In this document: in pieces, positions 45,493 to 53,995 of the stretch
Numbering within the stretch: the stretch's first letter is position 1
Layout of the letters: each line of letters begins with the position of its first letter
Assembly (NCBI GenBank): GCA_016928955.1
Contig: JAFGJV010000014.1
Span: 6,014-70,013 of the forward strand
DNA: 64,000 bases
Reading direction: 5' to 3'
Source of the DNA: Spirochaetales bacterium
GTDB taxonomy: Bacteria > Spirochaetota > Spirochaetia > Treponematales > UBA12059
Notes under the pieces: generated by a model
Told to the model about the DNA's origin: nothing
Seen by the model: the letters and a program-made list of their open reading frames with translations, nothing else
Databases searched by the model: none
Made by a program: the position numbers and the translations under genes

Positions 45493-46246
45493 GGCGCGTG
45501 GCGTTTTTCACGGCCTTGCCCTTGGCGTGGTTGTTGAAGGCGACGATCAGGGTCTTGGCAGCCTTGGCCATGCGCCGCACCCGCGGCACGCAGCTTTCCA
45601 GCTCGTCGTCAGAGTACAGATAGTCGTAGCGGCTCACGTTGTCGCCCGTCCACCAGGACTGCGCGTTGCGGCCGTGGAAGCGCAGGTAGCCAAGTCCTCC
45701 GGTGACCGCGTCTGCCTGATTGGGCAAGCCGGGCAGGTCCGGCCTGTCCACGGCCACCAGGCCCACGCCGCGCCTGTCCAGTTCTTCCAGCACGCGCTGG
45801 CCTCCCCACTCGTTGTTACGGAATTCCACAGCCAGGGGCAGGGGTGACAGGGCGTCCAGCACGTCCGCCAGGTAGGTGCGGTTTTCCGGCGTATGGTGGA
45901 AGCTGAACGGCAGCTGGACCAGCACGGCGGCAAGCCGCCGCGCATCTGCCAGGGCGCCCGCGGCGCGGACAAAGGCCAGCGCGTCGTCCCTCCAGCCGGG
46001 CCCCCCCTCGTGGGTGATGCTCCTGTGCGCCTTCAGCGTGAACAGGAAGCCATCGGGCGTGCGCCCGACCATGCCCGAAAGGCCGCGCGCGCTCGGCATG
46101 GCGTAATACGAGAAATTGAGTTCCACGAAGGGGAAAAAGAGCGCGTAGTAGCGGAGGAATTCCTCCTTTGGGAGCTCGTCGGGATAGAATTCCCCGCGCC
46201 AGTCGTCGTAGGAATAGCCGCTGGTCGCTATCAGGATTTCGCCCAT
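45467..46246 (-). CDS. DUF72-family protein
   Basis: ORF trimmed to ATG 46246. The sequence MGEILIATSGYSYDDWRGEFYPDELPKEEFLRYYALFFPFVELNFSYY... is a typical DUF72 N-terminus. Confidence 0.85.
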   Translation of the reverse strand: MGEILIATSGYSYDDWRGEFYPDELPKEEFLRYYALFFPFVELNFSYYAMPSARGLSGMVGRTPDGFLFTLKAHRSITHEGGPGWRDDALAFVRAAGALADARRLAAVLVQLPFSFHHTPENRTYLADVLDALSPLPLAVEFRNNEWGGQRVLEELDRRGVGLVAVDRPDLPGLPNQADAVTGGLGYLRFHGRNAQSWWTGDNVSRYDYLYSDDELESCVPRVRRMAKAAKTLIVAFNNHAKGKAVKNATRLKELLFPA

Positions 46247-46383
46247 GCAATGTACTATGCGTCCAGGGCGGGCCGGCGCGCAAGGGGACGCGCCACTCAG
46301 CCCGCGCTTTGGGCCCCGCGCCGCCAATGCCGTGGTATACTGCCCCGCGGGCGGACGCGCCCCGTGCGAACAAAGGAGGAATC

Positions 46384-47610
46384 ATGGCAAAGAGGACCAT
46401 CATCAAGGCACGCGCGCTGTACAGCGGCGGCAAACGCCTGGAAAACCAGGCCATCGTTGTGGAAGGCGACAGGATAACGGACGTGGGCGCCGCGGGATCG
46501 GTCAAGGCCGACTACGAAGGCTGGGTGACGCCCGCCTTCATAGACGCGCACTCGCACATCGGCATGTTCAGGGAAGGCGAGCCCCAGGCGGAGGCCGAGG
46601 GCAATGACCAGAGCGCGCAGATCATGCCCCTGTCCGATCCCCTGAACTCGATATATTTTGACGACCGCGCTTTCTCGGACGCCGTGGATTTTGGCGTGCT
46701 GTACTCGTGCGTGGTGCCCGGCTCGGGCAACCTGGTGGGCGGCAAGGCCCGCGTGATACGCACCTTTGCGCGCAACCGCAAGGACGCCCTAGTGGCCGAT
46801 TACGGCTACAAGATGGCCCTGGGCTACAATCCCCGCTCCACCACCGCGTGGAAGGGCGAGCGCCCCGACACGCGCATGGGCATATACCAGCTCCTGGAAA
46901 AACGCTTTGACGACGTCCTGGCCAAGAAGGCCAAGAGCGACCTGGCCCTGGACCGCAAGCTCCGCGACCTGGCCCGCACGGCCCCGGACAAGGGCATGGG
47001 CCCCAAGGAGCTGGACGCGGAGCGCGCGGCGGCGCGGAAGGAAGCCCAGCTGGAGCTGTCCAGCGAGGACCAGGCCATCCTGGACCTCCTGTCCGGCAAC
47101 AAAACCGTCAAGGTGCACGTCCACAAGGAAGACGACGCCCTGTACCTTATCGACCTCAAGAAGCGCTACGGCTTCCGCTGTACCGCGGACCACGTGGGAG
47201 ACGTGCACCACAAGGAGATCTTCGACGAGCTGGCCAAGGCCGGCATACCCATCGTGTACGGCCCCCTGGGGAGCCTTGCCTACAAGGTGGAGCTCAAGCA
47301 CGAGGACTACCGCAACACGGCCCTCCTCATGAAGAGCAAGGCCGAGTACGGGCTCATGACCGACCACCCGGTCATCCTGTCGTATCAGCTGCGAGACAGC
47401 CTGAAGTATTTCCTGATAGCCGGCATGGACGAGGCCCAGGCCCTGTCCATCATCACCGAGCGCAACGCCAGGCTCCTGGGCCTGGACGCGGAACTCGGCT
47501 CCGTGGCCGCCGGCAAGCTGGCAAGCCTCGTGGTGTGGAACCGGGAGCCTTTGCATCTTGGGGCTTTCCCCAAGCTGGTCATGGCAGAGGGCGTGGCCGT
47601 CAGGAAATAG
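46384..47610 (+). CDS. Amidohydrolase-superfamily metallohydrolase
   Basis: ATG 46384 is preceded by AAAGGAGGA. The H-x-H metal motif is in FIDAHSHIG. The ORF is 408 aa. Confidence 0.85.
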   Translation: MAKRTIIKARALYSGGKRLENQAIVVEGDRITDVGAAGSVKADYEGWVTPAFIDAHSHIGMFREGEPQAEAEGNDQSAQIMPLSDPLNSIYFDDRAFSDAVDFGVLYSCVVPGSGNLVGGKARVIRTFARNRKDALVADYGYKMALGYNPRSTTAWKGERPDTRMGIYQLLEKRFDDVLAKKAKSDLALDRKLRDLARTAPDKGMGPKELDAERAAARKEAQLELSSEDQAILDLLSGNKTVKVHVHKEDDALYLIDLKKRYGFRCTADHVGDVHHKEIFDELAKAGIPIVYGPLGSLAYKVELKHEDYRNTALLMKSKAEYGLMTDHPVILSYQLRDSLKYFLIAGMDEAQALSIITERNARLLGLDAELGSVAAGKLASLVVWNREPLHLGAFPKLVMAEGVAVRK

Positions 47611-49312
47611 TGGCCCGGGGGCCGGCCGGATTTAGGCTGAGCCGGCCCTCGAACAAGGCGCGGAATTCCGGGCTTGTCTCGATTAGTTCATTAGCGTGGC
47701 CGGAAAGAACACCGCCTTTTCCTATGAATAAGGTTCGGTCAGTTCTGGCAAGGGTCTCATAGTCGTGTGACACGATGATGGTGATACGGGTGCTTTTGTC
47801 TTTCAGCACTGTGTCCGAAAGGAGCTGGGCGGCCTGTGCGTCCAAGCCGCCGGTCGGCTCGTCCAGAATCAGGATATCGGGCTTTCTAGCTAAAGCACGG
47901 GCCAAGGCGATTCTGAGTATCTGTCCGCCGCTCAGGTTGGTGCCAGCTGAAACAACATGGCTTTCCAGCCCGTCGGGCAGGTTTGCCAATTCTTCCAGAA
48001 AAGCGCTATTCAGCTCCGCGGCACCTAGACCAAGCTCTACATTCGACTTAATGGTGCCCTTTATTAAAAAAGGGTCCTGTGGCACGAAGGCGGTCAAATT
48101 CCTGAATGACTTAAGAGCTAGGTTCTCTATGGCTTGATCGTTTATCAATAATCTGCCCGAGTCGGAACTGTAGATGCCTAAAAGCAATCTCAGAAGCGTT
48201 GTCTTGCCTGATCCATTTGCCCCGGCTATTCCTATGCTGTCCCCACGCACGGCCTTGAATGAAACCGGCCCTAGGGTGAAATTTCTCTGGGTCCGGTTAA
48301 AAATTACATCCCTTACTTCAAGAGACTCCACGGACGTCACCTGACATCCGTCGTCTCGCTCTAGCGGCAAAGCTAGTATCTCCTCAAGTCGAGCGGTGGC
48401 GGCTTTTCCGGAGCTGGCCTGCGTGTTGTACTGCACAAGCCCTGCCGCCGCTGCCAGCACGGCGCCAAGGAACGTGTAAAAAACGAAAAAATCCTCAAAC
48501 CCAATGCGTCCAGCCGCTATCGATAGGCCACATATGGCCACAAGGGATGCCTGCCCCATGATTGATGAAAGCTGACCGAAGCCAGAAGGCAGGCAGGACC
48601 AGAGGAATCGCCTGATTGAACTTTTCTTGTAATTGCTAAAAGCGCCTGAGTAGGATCCGATTGCTGAATCCACGGCGCCGAGGCAACGTAATTCCACACG
48701 TCCTGCTATTGCCTCCAGCTTCCGTGCTGAAGTTTCCGATTTGGCCTCAAGCCTGATAGCGGAACGTTGCTGCATGCCAGCGTTAAAAGCCCGTAATGAA
48801 ACAAAGAGGGTGGGAACGGCAACTATGAATGCAGCCGTGGCCAGGGGGTCTATTATAAATGCAGTAGCCATGGTGGCCACAAGCTTGAGGATATCCATGA
48901 CAAGGGATAGGCGGGCATCAAACAGCCAGGCCAAGGCTCCGTCCGTATCTGATTCGATGCGCTCGGATAGGTAGCCGGAATCCAGCTCGTGGATAGGCGC
49001 CCATGAAGAGCTCAGAAATCTTCTGATCACGGCTTCCTTCATGCCACCTTCAATAGGATATCTGGCAACATTTGCTAGGCCCGATGCGAGAAAGCCAATT
49101 CCAACCTGAAGTAGTCCTAGGCCTGCGACGGCAAGGCCCCAGATCGCAGCAGCTTTCGTTGTACCGGTAACGGCTATGTTCTTAAGGAATATTCGTATAG
49201 CCAATGGAAACAGGGCGACAAGGGCCGCCTTAGTCGCGCTTGCTAATAGAAGTCCACATAATACGCCCGGTTGTTTTCGTACGCATGAGTTGAATAGACT
49301 GCAGGCCCTCAT
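47600..49312 (-). CDS. ABC exporter half-transporter (6-TM domain plus NBD)
   Basis: Walker A is GANGSGKTT, the signature motif is LSGGQILR, and Walker B is ILILDEPT. GC content is markedly lower than in the flanks. The start overlaps the upstream stop by ATGA (49309-49312). Confidence 0.9.
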   Translation of the reverse strand: MRACSLFNSCVRKQPGVLCGLLLASATKAALVALFPLAIRIFLKNIAVTGTTKAAAIWGLAVAGLGLLQVGIGFLASGLANVARYPIEGGMKEAVIRRFLSSSWAPIHELDSGYLSERIESDTDGALAWLFDARLSLVMDILKLVATMATAFIIDPLATAAFIVAVPTLFVSLRAFNAGMQQRSAIRLEAKSETSARKLEAIAGRVELRCLGAVDSAIGSYSGAFSNYKKSSIRRFLWSCLPSGFGQLSSIMGQASLVAICGLSIAAGRIGFEDFFVFYTFLGAVLAAAAGLVQYNTQASSGKAATARLEEILALPLERDDGCQVTSVESLEVRDVIFNRTQRNFTLGPVSFKAVRGDSIGIAGANGSGKTTLLRLLLGIYSSDSGRLLINDQAIENLALKSFRNLTAFVPQDPFLIKGTIKSNVELGLGAAELNSAFLEELANLPDGLESHVVSAGTNLSGGQILRIALARALARKPDILILDEPTGGLDAQAAQLLSDTVLKDKSTRITIIVSHDYETLARTDRTLFIGKGGVLSGHANELIETSPEFRALFEGRLSLNPAGPRATIS

Positions 49313-52300
49313 GCGTTGCGCCGGATCACCATGATGGTCAGGTCGTCGTACTGCTCGTCTTCCTTGAGGTGACGGTAATAGAGATACTCGGAACGCCGGG
49401 GGTCGGGGTGGGGTATCTTGTCGCGGCAGAAGGCCGCGTATTGCACGAAACAGCGCTCAAGGGTCTGGTCCACCTTGGCGTCCACCAGGACCATGTCCTC
49501 TTCGGTGGAGGCTGGGTCGGGGACCATGCGGAACACTTTTTCCACGGCGGCCAGGCCAAGCACCAGGTCCTCCGGCGTGCCTTTGGACGAGCTGAAGTCG
49601 AACTCGTACGTGCTGTCCTGGCCCAGGGGGTCGTCGGCCTTGCGCAGGGTAAAGCGACGCCCGGTCATGATGGCCTCGATGGCTTCCTTGATGCGCTCGT
49701 TGCCCAGCTCCTCGGTTTCCTCGGACTCGTGCTCGGTTTCCTTGCCTTCGCGGTCGCGGAGGATTTCCTTCTTGGTGACGACGCTGAAATCCGGGTTGCG
49801 GCGCTTGCGGTTGGATTCCTCAAAGCCGTCCGTGAAGAGCACCATCATGTCGCCAACGCCTATGGTTTTCTTGACCTGGGTGAACGGGGCGCGGCTGAGC
49901 ATGATCATGTCGTTGTCCAGGGGGCCGGCCGCGGGTGAGTCCACCAGCTCTGACTGCTCGAAGGCTCGACGCGCCGCGGAGTAGGTGTACAGGAATTTGT
50001 CGCCGGCGTGGCATATGTACGCGTCGCCGGTGCGGGAATCGTATACGCCCATCATGAAGGCGGCAAAGCGGCCCTTGAAGCCGCGCCGGTACAGGAAATC
50101 GTTGATGCGGTAGGTCAGCTGGTCCAGCTTGATGCCGTTCTTGCGGAGCGACCAGTCCTGGAACTCGCTGGTGAATATGGTGGCCACGCCGACCATGATG
50201 AGGGCGGCAGGCACGCCCTTGCCGGACACGTCGCATTTGATGAAGGCCCAGTGCCGCTCGTCCAGCTGGCGGTAGTCAAAGTAGTCGCCCGACACGCCCT
50301 TGGCGCCCTCGTAGTAGCCAAAGTATGTGTGGGTGGGCCGCTCGTCCTTGCCCGTGGTCAGCTTCTCGCCGGCGGCGTTGGTCTCGAGCGGGATGAACAT
50401 CTTCTGGACTTCCTTGCCCACCGTGAGGAACTCGGCCTCGCGGGCGGCTATCACCAGGCCCATGGTCATTTCGTTGATGGTGTCCGCCAGCGTGCCTATC
50501 TCGTCGCGACTCTTCACCTCGATGGAGAAATCCGCCAGCTCCTTCTTGTCGGGAGTGTCTCGTATGTACTCGATGCCGCGCACCAGCTTGCGTATCGGCT
50601 TGATGATGATGCCGGCCAGTATGATCGATCCGAAGATGCCTATGCCCAGGGCGGCGGCGGCCACCAGGCCCACGTTGCGGAACAGGATGTTGCGCGAACG
50701 GATGATTTCCTTGACGATCAGGTCCGTGCTGACGGACACGCGCACCAGGCCCCGGAAATACACGGGCTCCGAGCCCTGGCGGTACAGGATGGGTTTGTAG
50801 AACACGTAGTCCAACGGGCTCAAGCTGATGTCCGTGGGGTCAAAGCGCGGTACGCTGGACACGGAGTCCTCCGCTATGGCCGCGAGTCTCGCCGACAGTT
50901 CGCGCTGGAGGGCCACTTGGGCTGACGACAGCTCGTCCAGGCGCGCCTGGCTGGCCGTGTCCAGGCGCAGGGCCAGGGGGCGGGCCTCGTCGATCAGCTT
51001 CTGGATTTCCTCGGACAGGGCGCCGACCTCCGCGTTGGCCCGTTCGTTGATGGCCGCCGCCATGTCCTGGACGGCGGGCGACACGGAGTCGCTCAGGGCG
51101 CTCTGGCCCGGCCTGAGTTCTCCGCCGCCTATTTTGCCCGCCAGGTCAGGGTCGTTGCTGGCCCACACGATGTCCGGGTTGATGGACGCGTCGCGGCCGT
51201 AACCGGTCACGGTCAGGTAGCGGGCTTCCGCCATGGCAGACACCTGCTCGGGCAGCGATGCCAGCTCTATCTGGTTGCGGGCCGGCAGGTACAGCCGGCC
51301 GCCCTGGGCCGCGCTCTCCAGGAGCACGCGGACGCGCTCCCCCAGCCCGGTGGCCAGGACCTCTCCCTGGCTGCGCATCATCTGCACACCCAAGGGCACG
51401 GACACCAGGGCCACGACGAACAGCATGAGCAGGCTGATGGTAAAGGCGAACTTGGCCGTGAGGCCGGTTCCCTTGCGCAGGGCGGCCTTGACCGCCCGTT
51501 CGCGTTCTATGGCTGGCATGGAGCTTCCCTCCAGGAGCGCTATGGCTTCCAGGCGCACAACCTGGCTCTCGTGGGCAACGGCAAAGACCTGGCGCAGGGT
51601 CAGGATCATGCCGGCCGCCGAAAACAGGATGGCGCCGATCAGGAACAGGATACCCGGGTCCACCGTGGTTTTATCCGCCGCTGGGAAAATCCAGGACGGA
51701 GTCCAGTCCGGCCCAAAGAGGCCGAATTTGGCGGTACCCGACACGTCTATGCTGAGGCGGGGCGCGGTGAAGTACCAGCCCCGTACCGGATGGTACAGGC
51801 CTATGCGGTATTCTCCCACGGGCAGGTCCTCGAGCGTCACGCCGTCCAGAAGGCGGTCCGAGCGTATGCTGAAGGCGTCCGTGCTGAGGTCCCAGGGTTC
51901 CCGGCCGTCCGCGTCCACGGCCAGCTGGGTTACCGGACCGTCCTCGGCAAAGCCCCGGCCAAGGAGCCGGAGGCTGACCTGCCCGAAGTCGTCCCTGGAC
52001 TGGACCACGTCCGATATCAGGGTATAGGGCACAAAGCGCTCGGCCCTGAGGATGACGCGCGACGCCGGTCCTATGTTGCCCGACGCGTCGATGGCGGCCA
52101 CCGAGAAGGAATAATAGCCGTTGTCCACGTTCTGGAACGCTGACTCGGCTTGCCTGGTGCGGAGCACGGGCGGCGGCGGCGCAGGAGCGCGTTCCCACAG
52201 CGAGCGTTCGTAGTCGGTGGCCGGACCAAAACTGTAGTCGTCCGGCGGGGCGGCTTCCGGCGCGGTCGTGCCGCCGGGACGCTGGCGGGCAGGGGGCCTG

Positions 52301-53991
52301 TCCAAGCGTCCAAGGTACTCAAGCGACCAGGTGTAGCCGGCCACGTCCGTCTCGGCCGGCGGATCCCATGCCAGGCTGAAGCTGTTGGACAGAAGGAAGC
52401 CGTCGGCGTCGGCGACGGGAGCCTGGGGTTTGGGAGCGCCGGGGGGCGTGGTGTCTCGGGTAAAGGTCAGGCGCGCGGGGGCCGACCAGTTGCCGGCGTA
52501 ATCCTGGGCGCGCACGCTGAAATACCACGGGCCGTCCGCGTCCGCGCTTTGTGCTGAACGCGTAACGTCGTCCAGCACCATGATGGAGCGGCTGGGCTCG
52601 GCGTCGGGGTCCCTGGACCACAGGTAGGAGAAGCCGGCTATGCCCGACGAGTCGTCGGGCACGGTCCAGCGGAAGGTGGCGCGGTCGCGGTTGTACGCCT
52701 GGCCCGCGCTAAAGTCAGCGGCGCTCAGTGCCGGCGCCTTGACGCTGATGTCAGGGGCCATGCCGTACACGGCCGCCTGGGCGCCGCGGCCGGTTTGCCA
52801 GAACGCCCATATGGAGCCGTCCAGATAAACGGCCCGCCCGAACGAGGACTCGCCCCGCGTGCGCAGGGACAGGTCGCGGTCGCGCCACAGGACGCCTTCC
52901 CGGAATGCCAGATACACGTGGCTGGAGCCGGTGCGGTCGTCGTACCACACCATGGCCGGCTCACCAGCGCTTTCCACTATGCGCGGTTCCGACGCCGATC
53001 CCCGGCCTTGGCTCACCCGCTCCACGCTACCGGGCACCACGCGTCCGGAGTCGTCCAGCCTGGCCGCGTACGCCTGGGGCGAGCCTGACAAAACGCGCCG
53101 TTCCCAGGACAGCCAGAGCTGGCCGTCCACGGCGGCAAGATGGGGGCGCTGGTTGTCAAAATCGTCCACGGACGTCCGGTCGCGTTCTATGGGATCCAGG
53201 AAGTCGGTGACCCGGACGGGCTCGGACCAGGTGGAGCCTCCGTCGTCGCTCACGCGGGAGAACAGCTGGAAACTGGCGCGTTCCCCGCTGACCAGGGCTT
53301 GGAACACCACCATGTCGCGCGAGCCGACAGACGCTGCGGCCGGAAGGTAGCTCAGCTGGAAATCAGGATTGGCCGTGTCCACAAAGGGCTGGAACGGTCC
53401 CCACGACCGGCCATCCGCCGACGCCGCGTACTCGATGGCCACGGCGCGCACCACGGGCGACCCGGCTCCCACGTCCGCTTCCAGCTGGCCCCTGCTGAGG
53501 AACAGGAGCCAGCCTCCGCTTGCGGTGGGGAAGACACGCGGCGCCACAAAGGGTCCTCCCGAGTCCACGGACACGGGCTCGGAGAAGCTTAAGCCCCCGT
53601 CCATGGACAGGTACAGGTCTACGGATGACGATGACGACGCCACCGCCACGGCTATCCTGCCGCGTTCGTTTGCGGCGGCCGAGAAGAGAACGGGAGCGTC
53701 ACCCTGGTAGGCTATCGGACCGGCGAAACGCTCCAGCCGCTTGGTACCGTCGTCGCCATAGCTGGACAAGGACAGCCAGGCCCTGCCGCCGTCGCCGGCC
53801 GCCTGATGCTCCTGCCAGAGCGCAACCACGCGCTCGCCCACGCGCAGGGCCTGCGGATAGGCGCCCGCCTGGCCGGACAGGCGCTCGGGGGCTTCCCAGT
53901 AGAAGTCCTGGGCCCGCAGGGTATGCGGGCCGCCCGCCAGCAGGGCCGCGGCCAGGGCAAGGCAGCCGAGTTTCAGCCATCGTCGTCGCAT
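49309..53991 (-). CDS. Giant (1560-aa) receptor phosphatase with a periplasmic BNR/Asp-box propeller, two Fn3-like modules, 3 TM helices, a second periplasmic domain, HAMP and SpoIIE/PP2C
   Basis: A signal peptide is present. The Asp-boxes are SMDGGLSF, SADGRSW and SDDGGSTW. Two ...AGFSY..W...DG.WYFSV.A.D.AGNWS-type modules follow. The TM helices lie near aa 779-800, 846-868 and 1106-1129. The HAMP region is KPIRKLV...IGTLADTINEM. The PP2C motifs are GVSGDYFDY, CDVSGKG, LFTDGF and DDLTIMVIRR. Confidence 0.9.
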   Translation of the reverse strand: MRRRWLKLGCLALAAALLAGGPHTLRAQDFYWEAPERLSGQAGAYPQALRVGERVVALWQEHQAAGDGGRAWLSLSSYGDDGTKRLERFAGPIAYQGDAPVLFSAAANERGRIAVAVASSSSSVDLYLSMDGGLSFSEPVSVDSGGPFVAPRVFPTASGGWLLFLSRGQLEADVGAGSPVVRAVAIEYAASADGRSWGPFQPFVDTANPDFQLSYLPAAASVGSRDMVVFQALVSGERASFQLFSRVSDDGGSTWSEPVRVTDFLDPIERDRTSVDDFDNQRPHLAAVDGQLWLSWERRVLSGSPQAYAARLDDSGRVVPGSVERVSQGRGSASEPRIVESAGEPAMVWYDDRTGSSHVYLAFREGVLWRDRDLSLRTRGESSFGRAVYLDGSIWAFWQTGRGAQAAVYGMAPDISVKAPALSAADFSAGQAYNRDRATFRWTVPDDSSGIAGFSYLWSRDPDAEPSRSIMVLDDVTRSAQSADADGPWYFSVRAQDYAGNWSAPARLTFTRDTTPPGAPKPQAPVADADGFLLSNSFSLAWDPPAETDVAGYTWSLEYLGRLDRPPARQRPGGTTAPEAAPPDDYSFGPATDYERSLWERAPAPPPPVLRTRQAESAFQNVDNGYYSFSVAAIDASGNIGPASRVILRAERFVPYTLISDVVQSRDDFGQVSLRLLGRGFAEDGPVTQLAVDADGREPWDLSTDAFSIRSDRLLDGVTLEDLPVGEYRIGLYHPVRGWYFTAPRLSIDVSGTAKFGLFGPDWTPSWIFPAADKTTVDPGILFLIGAILFSAAGMILTLRQVFAVAHESQVVRLEAIALLEGSSMPAIERERAVKAALRKGTGLTAKFAFTISLLMLFVVALVSVPLGVQMMRSQGEVLATGLGERVRVLLESAAQGGRLYLPARNQIELASLPEQVSAMAEARYLTVTGYGRDASINPDIVWASNDPDLAGKIGGGELRPGQSALSDSVSPAVQDMAAAINERANAEVGALSEEIQKLIDEARPLALRLDTASQARLDELSSAQVALQRELSARLAAIAEDSVSSVPRFDPTDISLSPLDYVFYKPILYRQGSEPVYFRGLVRVSVSTDLIVKEIIRSRNILFRNVGLVAAAALGIGIFGSIILAGIIIKPIRKLVRGIEYIRDTPDKKELADFSIEVKSRDEIGTLADTINEMTMGLVIAAREAEFLTVGKEVQKMFIPLETNAAGEKLTTGKDERPTHTYFGYYEGAKGVSGDYFDYRQLDERHWAFIKCDVSGKGVPAALIMVGVATIFTSEFQDWSLRKNGIKLDQLTYRINDFLYRRGFKGRFAAFMMGVYDSRTGDAYICHAGDKFLYTYSAARRAFEQSELVDSPAAGPLDNDMIMLSRAPFTQVKKTIGVGDMMVLFTDGFEESNRKRRNPDFSVVTKKEILRDREGKETEHESEETEELGNERIKEAIEAIMTGRRFTLRKADDPLGQDSTYEFDFSSSKGTPEDLVLGLAAVEKVFRMVPDPASTEEDMVLVDAKVDQTLERCFVQYAAFCRDKIPHPDPRRSEYLYYRHLKEDEQYDDLTIMVIRRNA

Positions 53992-53995
53992 CGGC

